Below, one piece after another: positions 1-9,761 of a stretch of DNA of 64,000 nt. The position numbers and the translations under genes were made by a program. This DNA is from Promethearchaeota archaeon (GTDB lineage Archaea; Asgardarchaeota; Lokiarchaeia; Sigyniarchaeales; SOKP01): contig JAUVXW010000007.1 of the NCBI GenBank assembly GCA_030603385.1, positions 73,678 to 137,677 on the forward strand, in the 5' to 3' direction. The first letter of the stretch is position 1. Every line of letters starts with the position of its first letter. Under the pieces are notes generated by a model. That model was given only the letters and a program-made list of their open reading frames with translations. It made no database searches and was not told the DNA's origin.

Positions 1-860
1 GGAATCATGAAATTAAAATAATTGGTAATTTAGAAAAATGGTTTTTCAAGCGAAAGAAGAAATTAGTAGAAGAATTAGAAAAATTCAACTTTAAATACAC
101 TAATATATTTAATCTGAAAAACATATGGCAATACTTTATTTTAACCGCAGACGAGGGGAAATGGAAGCTAGGTTTTTATGATTCAAAAAAAGAAATAATT
201 AACCAAAAGAAAGAAAATATTTACTCTTTCGATAAAGTTCAAACACACATTGATTCATATAACTGCTTAATGACACATGGAATTCAATTTGAAACTTGGT
301 TACGTAAATATGGGGGAGGGATACCTTGGTATTTAGGCTTAAAATCTCCAGATGCTATTAAAGAAGTAGGAAATCTTCTCTATAATAAGGTGATTAAGTT
401 AAGTATTAGGACAATAGATAAAGTATTCGATAGATGGCTATTTCAATCACGTAAATTTGTACAATACTTTTTAAAGATCTCACTCATCTCACCATTCCTA
501 ATTTTTCTTATGCTTTTTAACAAATTGCTTAAGATGGTTCAAAGAAAAAGAGAAAGAATAAAAAATGAGACCTATATTACCCAAATAAAAAAAAAATTCA
601 TCCCAAAATTAGGAAAAATGGGATATAATCGCAAATTTGATAATATAATATTTGGCCACACTCATAAAGATATAAAACTTAAAGAATATTTGAAATATAA
701 CGATAAAAGTAAACCCTGGAAAGCCACAATTGCCAATTCCGGTGCATGGCAACAAATAGACACACCTAGCTTAATTGAAATCAATGATAAAGGAGATCTC
801 AAAGTTGTTAAATATTTATTAAAAGAAAAGGAAATCGAGTTCGAAAAAATCCTTCTCTAA
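1..860 (+). CDS. Calcineurin-like metallophosphoesterase (5'-partial)
   Basis: Frame is open from the window start (..GG AAT CAT GAA = [G]NHE motif), followed by THG, IFGHTH and ANSGAW motifs and one hydrophobic helix. The ORF-track start at 270 is internal. Confidence 0.75.
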   Translation, partial: NHEIKIIGNLEKWFFKRKKKLVEELEKFNFKYTNIFNLKNIWQYFILTADEGKWKLGFYDSKKEIINQKKENIYSFDKVQTHIDSYNCLMTHGIQFETWLRKYGGGIPWYLGLKSPDAIKEVGNLLYNKVIKLSIRTIDKVFDRWLFQSRKFVQYFLKISLISPFLIFLMLFNKLLKMVQRKRERIKNETYITQIKKKFIPKLGKMGYNRKFDNIIFGHTHKDIKLKEYLKYNDKSKPWKATIANSGAWQQIDTPSLIEINDKGDLKVVKYLLKEKEIEFEKILL

Positions 861-1020
861 TTTTCATCAGTTATATTGAAATTTCATGGAAAAGATCTCC
901 CTTCATACCATATTAGTATTAATTTTAAAGCTTTAATTATCGTTGTTAATTTAGTAATATTTAAACTTAAGTTTATAATTTATGTCAAATTTAATAATCT
1001 ACAATTAAATAATCAGTTTC

Positions 1021-1689
1021 TTGATGAATATGAAGAAGTTAATTTTATTCGGACCACCTGGTGCTGGTAAAGGCACCTTTTCGGGCCAAATTAAAGATGT
1101 ATTACCAGAAATAATTCATATAAGCACTGGAGATATCTTTAGGGAAAATTTTAAAAACGAAACACCCTTAGGACTAAAAGCTAAATCTTATATGGATAAG
1201 GGAGAGTTAGTTCCAAATGATGTAACTATTGAAATGGTTAGAGATAGATTAAATAAGAAGGATGTTGAGAAAAATGGATTTATTCTTGATGGATTTCCTC
1301 GTAATATGTCTCAGGCAAAAGCATTAAGTGAAATTACTCAAGAAGATTTTTTTCTATTATTAGAAGTCAGCAGAGATATAATAACAAAGCGAATACTCGG
1401 AAGATTTAGCTGTAGTGAATGCAACGAGATTTATAATAAGTATACATTACAACCTAAGGTACAAAAAGAGGAAAATAAATGGATTTGTGATAAATGCGGA
1501 GCTGAAATAGAATTTAAGCAAAGAAGCGACGATACAGAAGAAACTCTGAAAAATCGATTAGATACATATGAAAAAAATGCAAAACCTATAATTAAATACT
1601 ATAAGAAAAGAGGAAAATTGAAAAAAGTGGATGCTACTGATACATTGAAGTATACTAAGGATGATATTAGAAATATAATAGGAATTTAA
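1021..1689 (+). CDS. adk: Adenylate kinase (bacterial/eukaryotic type, Zn-lid)
   Basis: GPPGAGKGT P-loop, HISTGDIFR, LDGFPR, CxxC..CxxC lid, RSDD. Confidence 0.95.
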   Translation: MMNMKKLILFGPPGAGKGTFSGQIKDVLPEIIHISTGDIFRENFKNETPLGLKAKSYMDKGELVPNDVTIEMVRDRLNKKDVEKNGFILDGFPRNMSQAKALSEITQEDFFLLLEVSRDIITKRILGRFSCSECNEIYNKYTLQPKVQKEENKWICDKCGAEIEFKQRSDDTEETLKNRLDTYEKNAKPIIKYYKKRGKLKKVDATDTLKYTKDDIRNIIGI

Positions 1690-1723
1690 ATCAATTTTTT
1701 TACCAATTTTTTATTAGTTTATT

Positions 1724-2476
1724 ATGAAATATAATATCTGTGTGCCGATACCGATTAAATTCGCAAATATCCTCGAGTTAAAATCAATAATAGCAAAATC
1801 ATTAAGATCCGATCCTAATCTAATTGAATTAAGATATGACTATATCGATGATGTTCAACAGATAACTCAAGGTTTTTTAAACGAATTGTTGGCTAAAGTT
1901 CAACTTAAAATTCCTGTCATCTTTACGTTTAGAAATCATAAAGAAGGTGGGAAAATGAAAATTGATGAAACAATACGTTTTGAAATTTTAAAAACGCTAG
2001 TTTTATCTCATCCTAACTATCTAGATATAGAAATGAACACAGAGAAAAGAATGTTAGGTGAAATAATTAATTTAGCCAATCAAAATGACGTAAACTTAAT
2101 TTTCTCATATCATAATTTTGATAAAACACCCTCTTATGAGATAGTTTCTGATCAAATCAAAAATTTTTTAGATAGATTAAGAGAAGAATATGGATTAGAT
2201 TCACAAAAAATGGAAAAAATCCTTTTAAAAATGATTTTTACAGCGCAAACTTTTGAAGACAATTTAATACCTTTAAAATTATGTAAAGAAATCTCAAAAG
2301 AGAATATAAAAGTAATTTCTTTTTGCATGGGTACTTTAGGGATCTTCTCAAGAATTTTATGTGTTTTAAATGGTTCATTTTTAACTTATGGTTCTATTGA
2401 TGAGAAGACGGCTCCAGGACAAATTGATATTACAAATTTAAGAGAAGCATTAAATGTGCTTCAAAAAATTGAGTAA
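1724..2476 (+). CDS. aroD: Type I 3-dehydroquinate dehydratase
   Basis: ELRYD, FTFR..EGG, SYHNF, FCMG..G..SR and TAPGQ motifs. Confidence 0.92.
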   Translation: MKYNICVPIPIKFANILELKSIIAKSLRSDPNLIELRYDYIDDVQQITQGFLNELLAKVQLKIPVIFTFRNHKEGGKMKIDETIRFEILKTLVLSHPNYLDIEMNTEKRMLGEIINLANQNDVNLIFSYHNFDKTPSYEIVSDQIKNFLDRLREEYGLDSQKMEKILLKMIFTAQTFEDNLIPLKLCKEISKENIKVISFCMGTLGIFSRILCVLNGSFLTYGSIDEKTAPGQIDITNLREALNVLQKIE

Positions 2477-2533
2477 ACTATTTTTGATTGACTATAAAAT
2501 TTAAAAAAATAAGAAAACAAAATAATTCTAATT

Positions 2534-2707
2534 TTAGTTTTTTTTAAAAAGATTACCGCAATCTCCACACTTCATTTTTCTTTTGTACACGGGAGTGCCT
2601 TGCATACTGTAGTAAAGCACGCTATTCCTATCTGCTTCTTCATGAAGCTTGCGTGGATTTTCATTGCCACATTGAGGACATTTAACTCTTTTCCAACTTT
2701 CAGTCAT
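2534..2707 (-). CDS. Small 57-aa zinc-ribbon protein (missed by the ORF track)
   Basis: Manual translation MTESWKRVKCPQCGNENPRKLHEEADRNSVLYYSMQGTPVYKRKMKCGDCGNLFKKN*. Two CxxCG knuckles, ATG start, more GC-rich than the flanking DNA. Confidence 0.8.
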   Translation of the reverse strand: MTESWKRVKCPQCGNENPRKLHEEADRNSVLYYSMQGTPVYKRKMKCGDCGNLFKKN

Positions 2708-2771
2708 TTTAAAAAACCTTAACCCTTTTATAAAATATTTTAAATAATTAGTAGGTTCAATAAATTTAAAT

Positions 2772-3302
2772 TTAGGTTTTTAATCGAGTTTTTGAAACAA
2801 TCTCTCTAACAATTACTTCAATATTCTTGCCGGTCGTTTCAATAATAATCTCTGCTGCCGTTTTATAATAAGATAATCGAAAATTTAGAACTTCTTCTAT
2901 TTCTTTTTTAGGATCTTCCTTATTGATAAGAGGTCTAGTTTCTTTCCCATTTTTTATAACTCTTTTATAAATTTCTTCTATTGTTGCCTCTAATAAAACA
3001 ATATGACAATTTTTTTTTAAGTTTTCAATATTTATCTGATTTAAAACTACTCCGCCTCCACATGACACTATTACGTTAGTAAGATTCGAAACTTTTTTAC
3101 AAGCTACAATTTCATATTCTCTGAATTTTTTCTCCCCCTCTTCTGAAAAGATTTTTGGAATTGATTTTCCTGCCATTTCGATTATGATTTGATCAGTTTC
3201 TATGAATTTATAAGCATCTCCTAAATATTCTACTAATGCTTTGCCTATAGTAGTTTTACCAGTTGCCATAAATCCAATGAGAGCAATAGAATTTTTTGTC
3301 AT
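2772..3302 (-). CDS. aroK: Shikimate kinase (NMP-kinase fold, bacterial AroK type)
   Basis: GFMATGKTT, GEKKFREYE, CGGGVV and RPL motifs. Confidence 0.92.
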   Translation of the reverse strand: MTKNSIALIGFMATGKTTIGKALVEYLGDAYKFIETDQIIIEMAGKSIPKIFSEEGEKKFREYEIVACKKVSNLTNVIVSCGGGVVLNQINIENLKKNCHIVLLEATIEEIYKRVIKNGKETRPLINKEDPKKEIEEVLNFRLSYYKTAAEIIIETTGKNIEVIVREIVSKTRLKT

Positions 3303-3354
3303 ATTTCTTCAGTTATTCTATTTAGATATATTATAAATAGGGAGATAATTCTTT

Positions 3355-3912
3355 TCATTTCTTCAATGAAAATCCATGCTTTCCAATAAATCCCTTTTCT
3401 AAACCAATATAATTACCTGATATATAGGCGAAAGTGTTAATTTTATCTGGATCGATATTGTCATTTTTAACGAATTTTGAATCAGAATGTACCGCAACCA
3501 CTTCACCAAAATAACAAACGTGTGATCCTAGTTCTGTTCTCTGTATAACTTTGCATTCCATATTCCAAGGGAATTCTTTTACTAATGGAACTTGAACGAC
3601 TGATCCTTTCTCTTTTGTCAAGTGTAACTCTTCCCATTTATTCACATCTCTCCCTGATCTTGTACCACAATAATCCATTTCTCGCATCTGGTTAATGGTC
3701 GGATAGTTAATAACAAATTCTCCATGATTTTCTATTAATTGATAAGAATGGCGTCTAGGTTGTATAGATATTGCAATAATTGGTGGTTTTAAGCAAACTT
3801 TTCCAACATAAGCTAGAGTGATTAAATTTGCATCATCTCCAATTCCTACAGATATAACTGCTGCTGGCATAGGAAAAGCAGCGATCCCAGTACTTAATCT
3901 AATTTTATCCAT
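3355..3912 (-). CDS. Flavin reductase-like family protein
   Basis: FPMPAAVIS, GEFVINYP, CGTRSGRDVNK, MECKV and GSH motifs. Confidence 0.88.
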   Translation of the reverse strand: MDKIRLSTGIAAFPMPAAVISVGIGDDANLITLAYVGKVCLKPPIIAISIQPRRHSYQLIENHGEFVINYPTINQMREMDYCGTRSGRDVNKWEELHLTKEKGSVVQVPLVKEFPWNMECKVIQRTELGSHVCYFGEVVAVHSDSKFVKNDNIDPDKINTFAYISGNYIGLEKGFIGKHGFSLKK

Positions 3913-4018
3913 ATTTAATACTTACCTCACATTTCTGCTTACTATTAGCTAAATAATTATATATTACAATTTTTCTTAAACATATTATTAAATAAAATTT
4001 AAAACTTCTGCTTGCAAG

Positions 4019-4888
4019 ATGTCTGTTGGAAAAAGAATAACTTCACATACTAAGATTTTATGTGTCATAGGACACCCCGTTGAACATAGTATGTCTCCTA
4101 CAATGTGGAATCCAGCTCTTCAAGAGCTTGAACTTGATTATATGTATGTAGCTTTTGATGTGCACCCAGATAGCCTTGAAAAAGCTATAAATGGCATACG
4201 ATCACTAGGTATAACAGGTGTGAATGTCACAATCCCTCATAAAAAAGCAGTTATTAAGTATATCGATGAGGTTGATCCAATTGCACTTAAAATAGGGGCT
4301 ATTAATACGATTAAAAATGAAAGGGGGATTTTAAAAGCAAGAAATACTGACGCTGGTGGAGCAAAGAAATCTCTTTTAGATATAGGTTTTGATATCTCTG
4401 GAAAAGATATACTCATTCTAGGTTCAGGGGGTGTTTCTAGATCCATAGCTTATATTTTAGCAGATGAAGCCAATAAAATTGTTTTGACTGATTTAATTGA
4501 AGAAAGGGCAACATCAGTTGCTAGTGAAATCAGGGATAATATGAAAGTAGATATTGAAGGTAAATTAAACAATAGGGATAATATTGAGGAATATATAAAG
4601 AAAGCAGATATTCTTATCAATGCAACACCTATTGGAATGTATCCAAAAGTTGATGAAACCCCAATATCAAAAGATTTACTTCATGATGATCTTTTCGTAT
4701 TCGATGTTATTTATAATCCTCTTGAAACCAGATTGATGAAAGAGGCAGCAGAGACGGGATGTGTCACACTAGGTGGTTTAGATATGCTCGTTAATCAAGG
4801 AATATTAGCATTTGAATGGTGGTTGAATAAAAAACCTAATAAAGATCTAATGAAGAATAAAATTATCGAATACCTTGGGTTGATATAA
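4019..4888 (+). CDS. aroE: Shikimate dehydrogenase
   Basis: HSMSP, NVTIPHK, GAINT, NTD, NATPIGM, YNPLET and GLDML motifs. Confidence 0.95.
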   Translation: MSVGKRITSHTKILCVIGHPVEHSMSPTMWNPALQELELDYMYVAFDVHPDSLEKAINGIRSLGITGVNVTIPHKKAVIKYIDEVDPIALKIGAINTIKNERGILKARNTDAGGAKKSLLDIGFDISGKDILILGSGGVSRSIAYILADEANKIVLTDLIEERATSVASEIRDNMKVDIEGKLNNRDNIEEYIKKADILINATPIGMYPKVDETPISKDLLHDDLFVFDVIYNPLETRLMKEAAETGCVTLGGLDMLVNQGILAFEWWLNKKPNKDLMKNKIIEYLGLI

Positions 4889-6102
4889 TGGGCGAGAAGA
4901 GAAAACCTATAGTTTCAGTTGCTCGTAATATAGATATTTCAAAAGCAGTTCATGTTGCTCTTGATAAAATTGAAATTCCAAACCTCTCTGGAAAAACAGT
5001 TTTATTGAAACCAAATGTCGGTAGAGAAGTTGATCCTAAGCTAGGGATTAATACTAACCCAGAAGTCGTAGAAGCAATCTTTAATTATCTGAGAGATCGC
5101 TATGAAGCAAATTACTTAATTGGTGATTCTCCAATAATTAACACAGATACACAAAAAGCTTTTGAGCAATCAGGCTATAATAATTTATTAAAAGATGATG
5201 ATCTTCAATTTATTGATTTAGATGAGCTCACTCCGGTGAAGAAAGAGATTCCAAATGGAAAAATTCTAAAAAGCATAAGAATAACAGGCTATTGGCATGA
5301 TTTTGATTATGTTATTTCTATACCTGTGTTAAAAATGCATATGCATTGTGGAGCCTCGCTAAGTTTTAAAAATATGAAGGGACTGATATATAGAAGAGAT
5401 AAAATCACCTTACACCACTTTCAAGCTCCAGAAATAATTAAAGAATTAAAAAAATCTATGAGTAAAATAAAAGAATTAGATATTGCTATAGCTGATCTTG
5501 GAAATATTATTTTTCCTGATTTGGCGATAATAGATGCTTCATACGCTCATGAAGGAATGGGGCCATCCTCAGGAAATCTTGTAAAATTAGATACTATTAT
5601 AGCTTCAACTAATTCTTTAGCAGCAGATATAATTGCTCTCGCAATTTCTCAACCAGAATGGTCTCTTAAAGATGTTCCTCATTTAAAATTACTTTCAGAA
5701 TTTATACTACCCTCAATTAACTCCTCTAGTGATATAAAAACAATTCCAGATGATATTAATGAATTTGTCGAACCTTTAGAACCCCCTCCAAAATCAATAA
5801 CAATTAAATATAAAAATGTTAATCTCATAGATATTGATTCTTGCTCTGCATGTTTATCAACAGTATTCAATTTATTGAAACATAATAAAGAATTTATTGA
5901 TGAACATTATACTTCTGAAAAACCTTTGAATTTAGCAATAGGAAATGGGATTAAAAAATCAGATCTTTATTCAGATACTTATCTTATTGGAAATTGTACA
6001 TCAAATCAAAAAGAAAATGGGACCTTTATACAAGGATGTACTCCTGTTGAATCAACAATCTTAAAAATGATTAAAGAAAAGTTAATGTCAGATCCTAAAT
6101 AA
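4888..6102 (+). CDS. DUF362 family Fe-S protein
   Basis: LLKPN, PVLKMH, SFKNMKG and GMGP motifs, with a C-terminal CSAC/GNC/GCTP Cys domain. Confidence 0.8.
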   Translation: MGEKRKPIVSVARNIDISKAVHVALDKIEIPNLSGKTVLLKPNVGREVDPKLGINTNPEVVEAIFNYLRDRYEANYLIGDSPIINTDTQKAFEQSGYNNLLKDDDLQFIDLDELTPVKKEIPNGKILKSIRITGYWHDFDYVISIPVLKMHMHCGASLSFKNMKGLIYRRDKITLHHFQAPEIIKELKKSMSKIKELDIAIADLGNIIFPDLAIIDASYAHEGMGPSSGNLVKLDTIIASTNSLAADIIALAISQPEWSLKDVPHLKLLSEFILPSINSSSDIKTIPDDINEFVEPLEPPPKSITIKYKNVNLIDIDSCSACLSTVFNLLKHNKEFIDEHYTSEKPLNLAIGNGIKKSDLYSDTYLIGNCTSNQKENGTFIQGCTPVESTILKMIKEKLMSDPK

Positions 6103-6252
6103 ACTGATTATTAAGAACAAAGATTTACATGGTTTTAAAAAGTTTTTCGCTGAAGGATTAGAATACTCTAAAGAAGTTGACTATTTCTATAATTTTTATA
6201 AATATTTCAATCAATTTGTCAAAATATTAAAAGAAGAAAAAGAAATTTAAAA

Positions 6253-6621
6253 TTATTCGGTACTAGTTCCACATAGAGGACAAAATCGAGCGGCTTCTCT
6301 TTGATTCAACTCAACCCCACAGTTATAACAGAATTTTGCTTTTTCCCCAACTTGTTGAGTTACTAAGACAGTTTTCTGATTCTGATTTTGGTTGGATGTA
6401 GTAATTAATTGATAATTTGAACTTGGATGAATATTATTTTGAGAATAGCAGACAGAATTACAATGAATACAACGAGGTCTCTTCTCTCTATCTAAATATA
6501 TCGCAACATAAATTAATAAGCCAATACCACCTGTAAATATAGCTAAGAAAATTGCTATTGCAACATTGAACTCCATCTTTTTTGTCTCTACATTCTTATT
6601 ACATTGAGTACAATACATCAT
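6253..6621 (-). CDS. LITAF-like membrane zinc-ribbon protein with C-terminal double zinc ribbon
   Basis: CTQC, hydrophobic hairpin, RCIHC, Q/N-rich linker, then CYNCG..CPLCG. Confidence 0.7.
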   Translation of the reverse strand: MMYCTQCNKNVETKKMEFNVAIAIFLAIFTGGIGLLIYVAIYLDREKRPRCIHCNSVCYSQNNIHPSSNYQLITTSNQNQNQKTVLVTQQVGEKAKFCYNCGVELNQREAARFCPLCGTSTE

Positions 6622-6635
6622 TTATCTTATCTCCA

Positions 6636-6688
6636 AATTTTTTTAGTTCTTTAATGATCTCTAATTTTTTTAGTTCTTTAATGATCTC
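6636..6688. repeat. Perfect 26-bp tandem direct repeat (2 copies)
   Basis: AATTTTTTTAGTTCTTTAATGATCTC at 6636-6661 and 6663-6688. Confidence 0.9.
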
Positions 6689-6761
6689 GAGACCAATTTT
6701 TGATAGGAATAAAATGCGAAATTAAATTAGAAAGGAGAATTTATCTATAGCTTAGATAAAT

Positions 6762-7145
6762 TTATTCTTCTGTAATTTTACTACCACAATTTGGACAAAA
6801 TTTTGTTCCAGATTCTAATTTTTCTCCACATAATGGGCAAAAATTTGGCATTACTCCCTTTATTTCCTCAGATATGTTTCCTGGCGTAGGAGATAATGTA
6901 GATTGAGTTTGTATTTGAGGTTTATATGCATATGATTTCTGAGATTGTGAGATTGTAATCTGAGTACCGCAATGTGCACACCTGTCTTCTTTTTTACTAT
7001 AATACACAGCTAGATAAATAATTAAACCGATGCCTGCTGTAAAAATTAATAATATTATTGCTAAACATGCATCAAAATCTTTACGGGTTAACAAAACATT
7101 TTGGTTACATCTTGGACAAAATCCTGTTGGATTACTAGTCGGCAT
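6762..7145 (-). CDS. LITAF-like membrane zinc-ribbon protein, paralog of 6253-6621
   Basis: CPRC, hydrophobic IFTAGIGLIIY, RCAHC, then CPLCG..CPNCG. ATG at 7145 is preferred over the track start at 7184. Confidence 0.7.
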   Translation of the reverse strand: MPTSNPTGFCPRCNQNVLLTRKDFDACLAIILLIFTAGIGLIIYLAVYYSKKEDRCAHCGTQITISQSQKSYAYKPQIQTQSTLSPTPGNISEEIKGVMPNFCPLCGEKLESGTKFCPNCGSKITEE

Positions 7146-7357
7146 TTTAAAAATTAATATTTTATTTTCTTTAGAAATATTCAATATTTTTAATGTTTTT
7201 GGAACTGCTTTATTCTTTATTTACAGTACAATGCTTTAGTTTGTTAAAAAATTAATAATCTAAGTTAATTAAGATTAAAACCAATAAGTCCTTATTGATT
7301 ATTTAATTATTAGATTCATTTAAAATATCAATTGAAAACTATATATCTTAAATTATT

Positions 7358-7966
7358 TTGACGAAAAAACCCCTCTTCATCGTTTTAGATGGTATCGATG
7401 GTTGTGGTAGCACCACCCACAGTCAACTTCTTGCAGCATTTTTAGAGTATAAAAAAGATTTCAAAGTTCATTTAACCCATGAACCATCTAAAAGCGATAT
7501 AGGAAAATTATTGAGAAAATTCTTGAAAAATGAGGAAATTCCCCCTACAACAGACGCGTTATTGTTTGCCGCAGACAGGGATCTTCATTACCATAACGAA
7601 ATTAAGAAAAGACTTGATGATGGATACATTGTAATCTCTGATCGTTATATAGAATCATCTATAATATACCAATCTATTCAATCTGATAGGATATCCATTG
7701 AGTGGATAAAACAGTTGAATAAATTTATAGGGCATCCTGATTTAACAATAATTTTAGATATTGAGGCTAAAACTGCTTTAGCTCGGAAAAAAGAAAAAGA
7801 TTTAGAGAAATTTGAAGATACTTCCTTTTTAGTTAAGGTGAGAAATCTTTATCTTTCTCGAGCCAAACAAGAAGGATATCATATAATTAGCTCAGATGAT
7901 ATTATCGAATTTGTCCAAGAAAAGATACAAAAAACGGTTTTGGACAAATTAAATACGCAAAATTAA
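7358..7966 (+). CDS. tmk: Thymidylate kinase
   Basis: DGIDGCGSTT, THEP, LLFAADR, SDRYIESSIIYQ and PDLTIILD motifs. Confidence 0.93.
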   Translation: MTKKPLFIVLDGIDGCGSTTHSQLLAAFLEYKKDFKVHLTHEPSKSDIGKLLRKFLKNEEIPPTTDALLFAADRDLHYHNEIKKRLDDGYIVISDRYIESSIIYQSIQSDRISIEWIKQLNKFIGHPDLTIILDIEAKTALARKKEKDLEKFEDTSFLVKVRNLYLSRAKQEGYHIISSDDIIEFVQEKIQKTVLDKLNTQN

Positions 7967-7992
7967 AATTTAAAATAATAAAACATAAATGA

Positions 7993-9255
7993 ATGATGAG
8001 TTATACAATTGCAGAAAAAATATTATTAAACCATTCAAACCTTAAAAAAGTTATTCCAGGACAATTTATTGAATGTGAAATTGATTTAATAATGGTTCAC
8101 GAGCAATTAGGAGGAAGAATTCACAAAGAGTATGAAAAATTAGATATAGATTATGTGTGGGATCCGAATAAAATCTTTTTTATACTAGATCACTGGGTTC
8201 CTGCCCCTACAATTTCTGCGGCAGAAATGCATCAAGATTGTCGAATATTTGCTAAAAAATATAAATTTATACATAATATTGGGATGAATAGAGGAATTTG
8301 TCACCAAGTTTTACCAGAAATGGGATTCTCTAGACCTGGAATGCTAATAGTGGGTTCTGATAGTCATACAACTACATATGGGGCTTTTAATTGCTTATCT
8401 ACGGGCATTGGTGCTACTGACGTATCAGTCGTATTCGCAACAGGAAATCTATGGTTTAAAGTGCCAGAATCTTTTAAAATAAACCTTAAAGGCATGTTAA
8501 ATAAAGGTATAATGTCGAAAGATTTTATATTGAAATTAATAGGCGATTTAACTACTAAAGGTGCAATTTATAAATCTTTAGAGTTTCACGGTGATGGTGT
8601 AAAGAATATTTCTATAGATGGAAGGATGACTATCACAAATATGGTAGTAGAAGCAGGAGCTAAATTTGGAGTATTTTTACCAGATGATAAATTAACGAAG
8701 TGGTTAGAAGAAAGAACCGACATACCCTATAAGTACGTATATCCTGATAGAGATGCAGATTATGAAAAAGAATTTAACTATAATCTTTCAGAGATTACTC
8801 CTGTTGTTGCAAAACCTTCTAATCCCGGTAATATAGCCAACGTTGAGGAAGAAGTGGGTATTGAGATTGATCAAGCATTTTTAGGTAGTTGTACTAATGG
8901 AAGAATGGAAGATTTCCGTATAGCTGCGAAAATTCTCAAAGGAAAAAAGATTGATCCAAACACACGATTAATTATAATCCCGGCTTCTACGGATATATAT
9001 AAAGAAGCTTTAAAGGAAGGATTGATTGAAATTTTCATAAACGCTGGGGCGATAGTTGGACATTCTACTTGTGGACCATGTATAGGTGGTCATATGGGGG
9101 TATTAGGCCCTGACGAAGTTTGTATAAGTAGTTCAAATCGTAATTTTGTGGGAAGAATGGGGGCCCCTAGCGCTCAAATTTATTTGGCTTCTCCTGCTAC
9201 TGTTGCTGCTTCTGCTATAAATGGAAAAATAACAGATCCAAGGGAGGTATTGTAA
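7993..9255 (+). CDS. leuC: 3-isopropylmalate dehydratase / homoaconitase family, large subunit
   Basis: DH, GICHQ, DSHTTTYGA, GSCTNGR, CGPCIG and NRNFVGRMG motifs. Substrate specificity is uncertain. Confidence 0.85.
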   Translation: MMSYTIAEKILLNHSNLKKVIPGQFIECEIDLIMVHEQLGGRIHKEYEKLDIDYVWDPNKIFFILDHWVPAPTISAAEMHQDCRIFAKKYKFIHNIGMNRGICHQVLPEMGFSRPGMLIVGSDSHTTTYGAFNCLSTGIGATDVSVVFATGNLWFKVPESFKINLKGMLNKGIMSKDFILKLIGDLTTKGAIYKSLEFHGDGVKNISIDGRMTITNMVVEAGAKFGVFLPDDKLTKWLEERTDIPYKYVYPDRDADYEKEFNYNLSEITPVVAKPSNPGNIANVEEEVGIEIDQAFLGSCTNGRMEDFRIAAKILKGKKIDPNTRLIIIPASTDIYKEALKEGLIEIFINAGAIVGHSTCGPCIGGHMGVLGPDEVCISSSNRNFVGRMGAPSAQIYLASPATVAASAINGKITDPREVL

Positions 9256-9759
9256 TTGATTGATAAAATTGAAGGTTATGCATATATTTTAGGAGATTAT
9301 ATCAACACAGATGATATTGTTCCAACTATTGCGTTAACCCTTAGAGATACCACTGAAATGGCTAAAAATACGCTGAAATACCTTCACCCGAACTTTGTAG
9401 GAATGGTAACAAAAAATAATATTATTGTCGCTGGTGAAAATTTTGGAACAGGTAGTTCTAGGGAAGAAGCTGTTAACGTATTTAAAATTCTTGGAGTAAA
9501 AGCGATTATCGCAAAATCATTTGCTCGAATTTATTTTAGAAATTTGATTAATCTGGGCATTCCAGGAATTCAATTAAATTGGGATAAAAAAGATTTTTCT
9601 CAGGATGATCATTTAAAAATTACATTAAATAAGGGTCTTATATTTAACAAAACTAAAAATAAAGAAATAAATTTTAAGAAATTACCAGATTTTCTAACTA
9701 AAATATTAGAAGATGAAGGAATTTTAAATCAGTTAAAGAAGAAATTATTCAAAGGATAA
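9256..9759 (+). CDS. leuD: 3-isopropylmalate dehydratase / homoaconitase family, small subunit
   Basis: INTDDI, NFGTGSSREEA and SFARIYFRN motifs. Confidence 0.85.
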   Translation: MIDKIEGYAYILGDYINTDDIVPTIALTLRDTTEMAKNTLKYLHPNFVGMVTKNNIIVAGENFGTGSSREEAVNVFKILGVKAIIAKSFARIYFRNLINLGIPGIQLNWDKKDFSQDDHLKITLNKGLIFNKTKNKEINFKKLPDFLTKILEDEGILNQLKKKLFKG

Positions 9760-9761
9760 TG

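Noticed and set aside
6636-6688. Direct repeat as a CRISPR array
   Set aside because: There are only two copies, separated by 1 bp, with no spacers and no cas genes.
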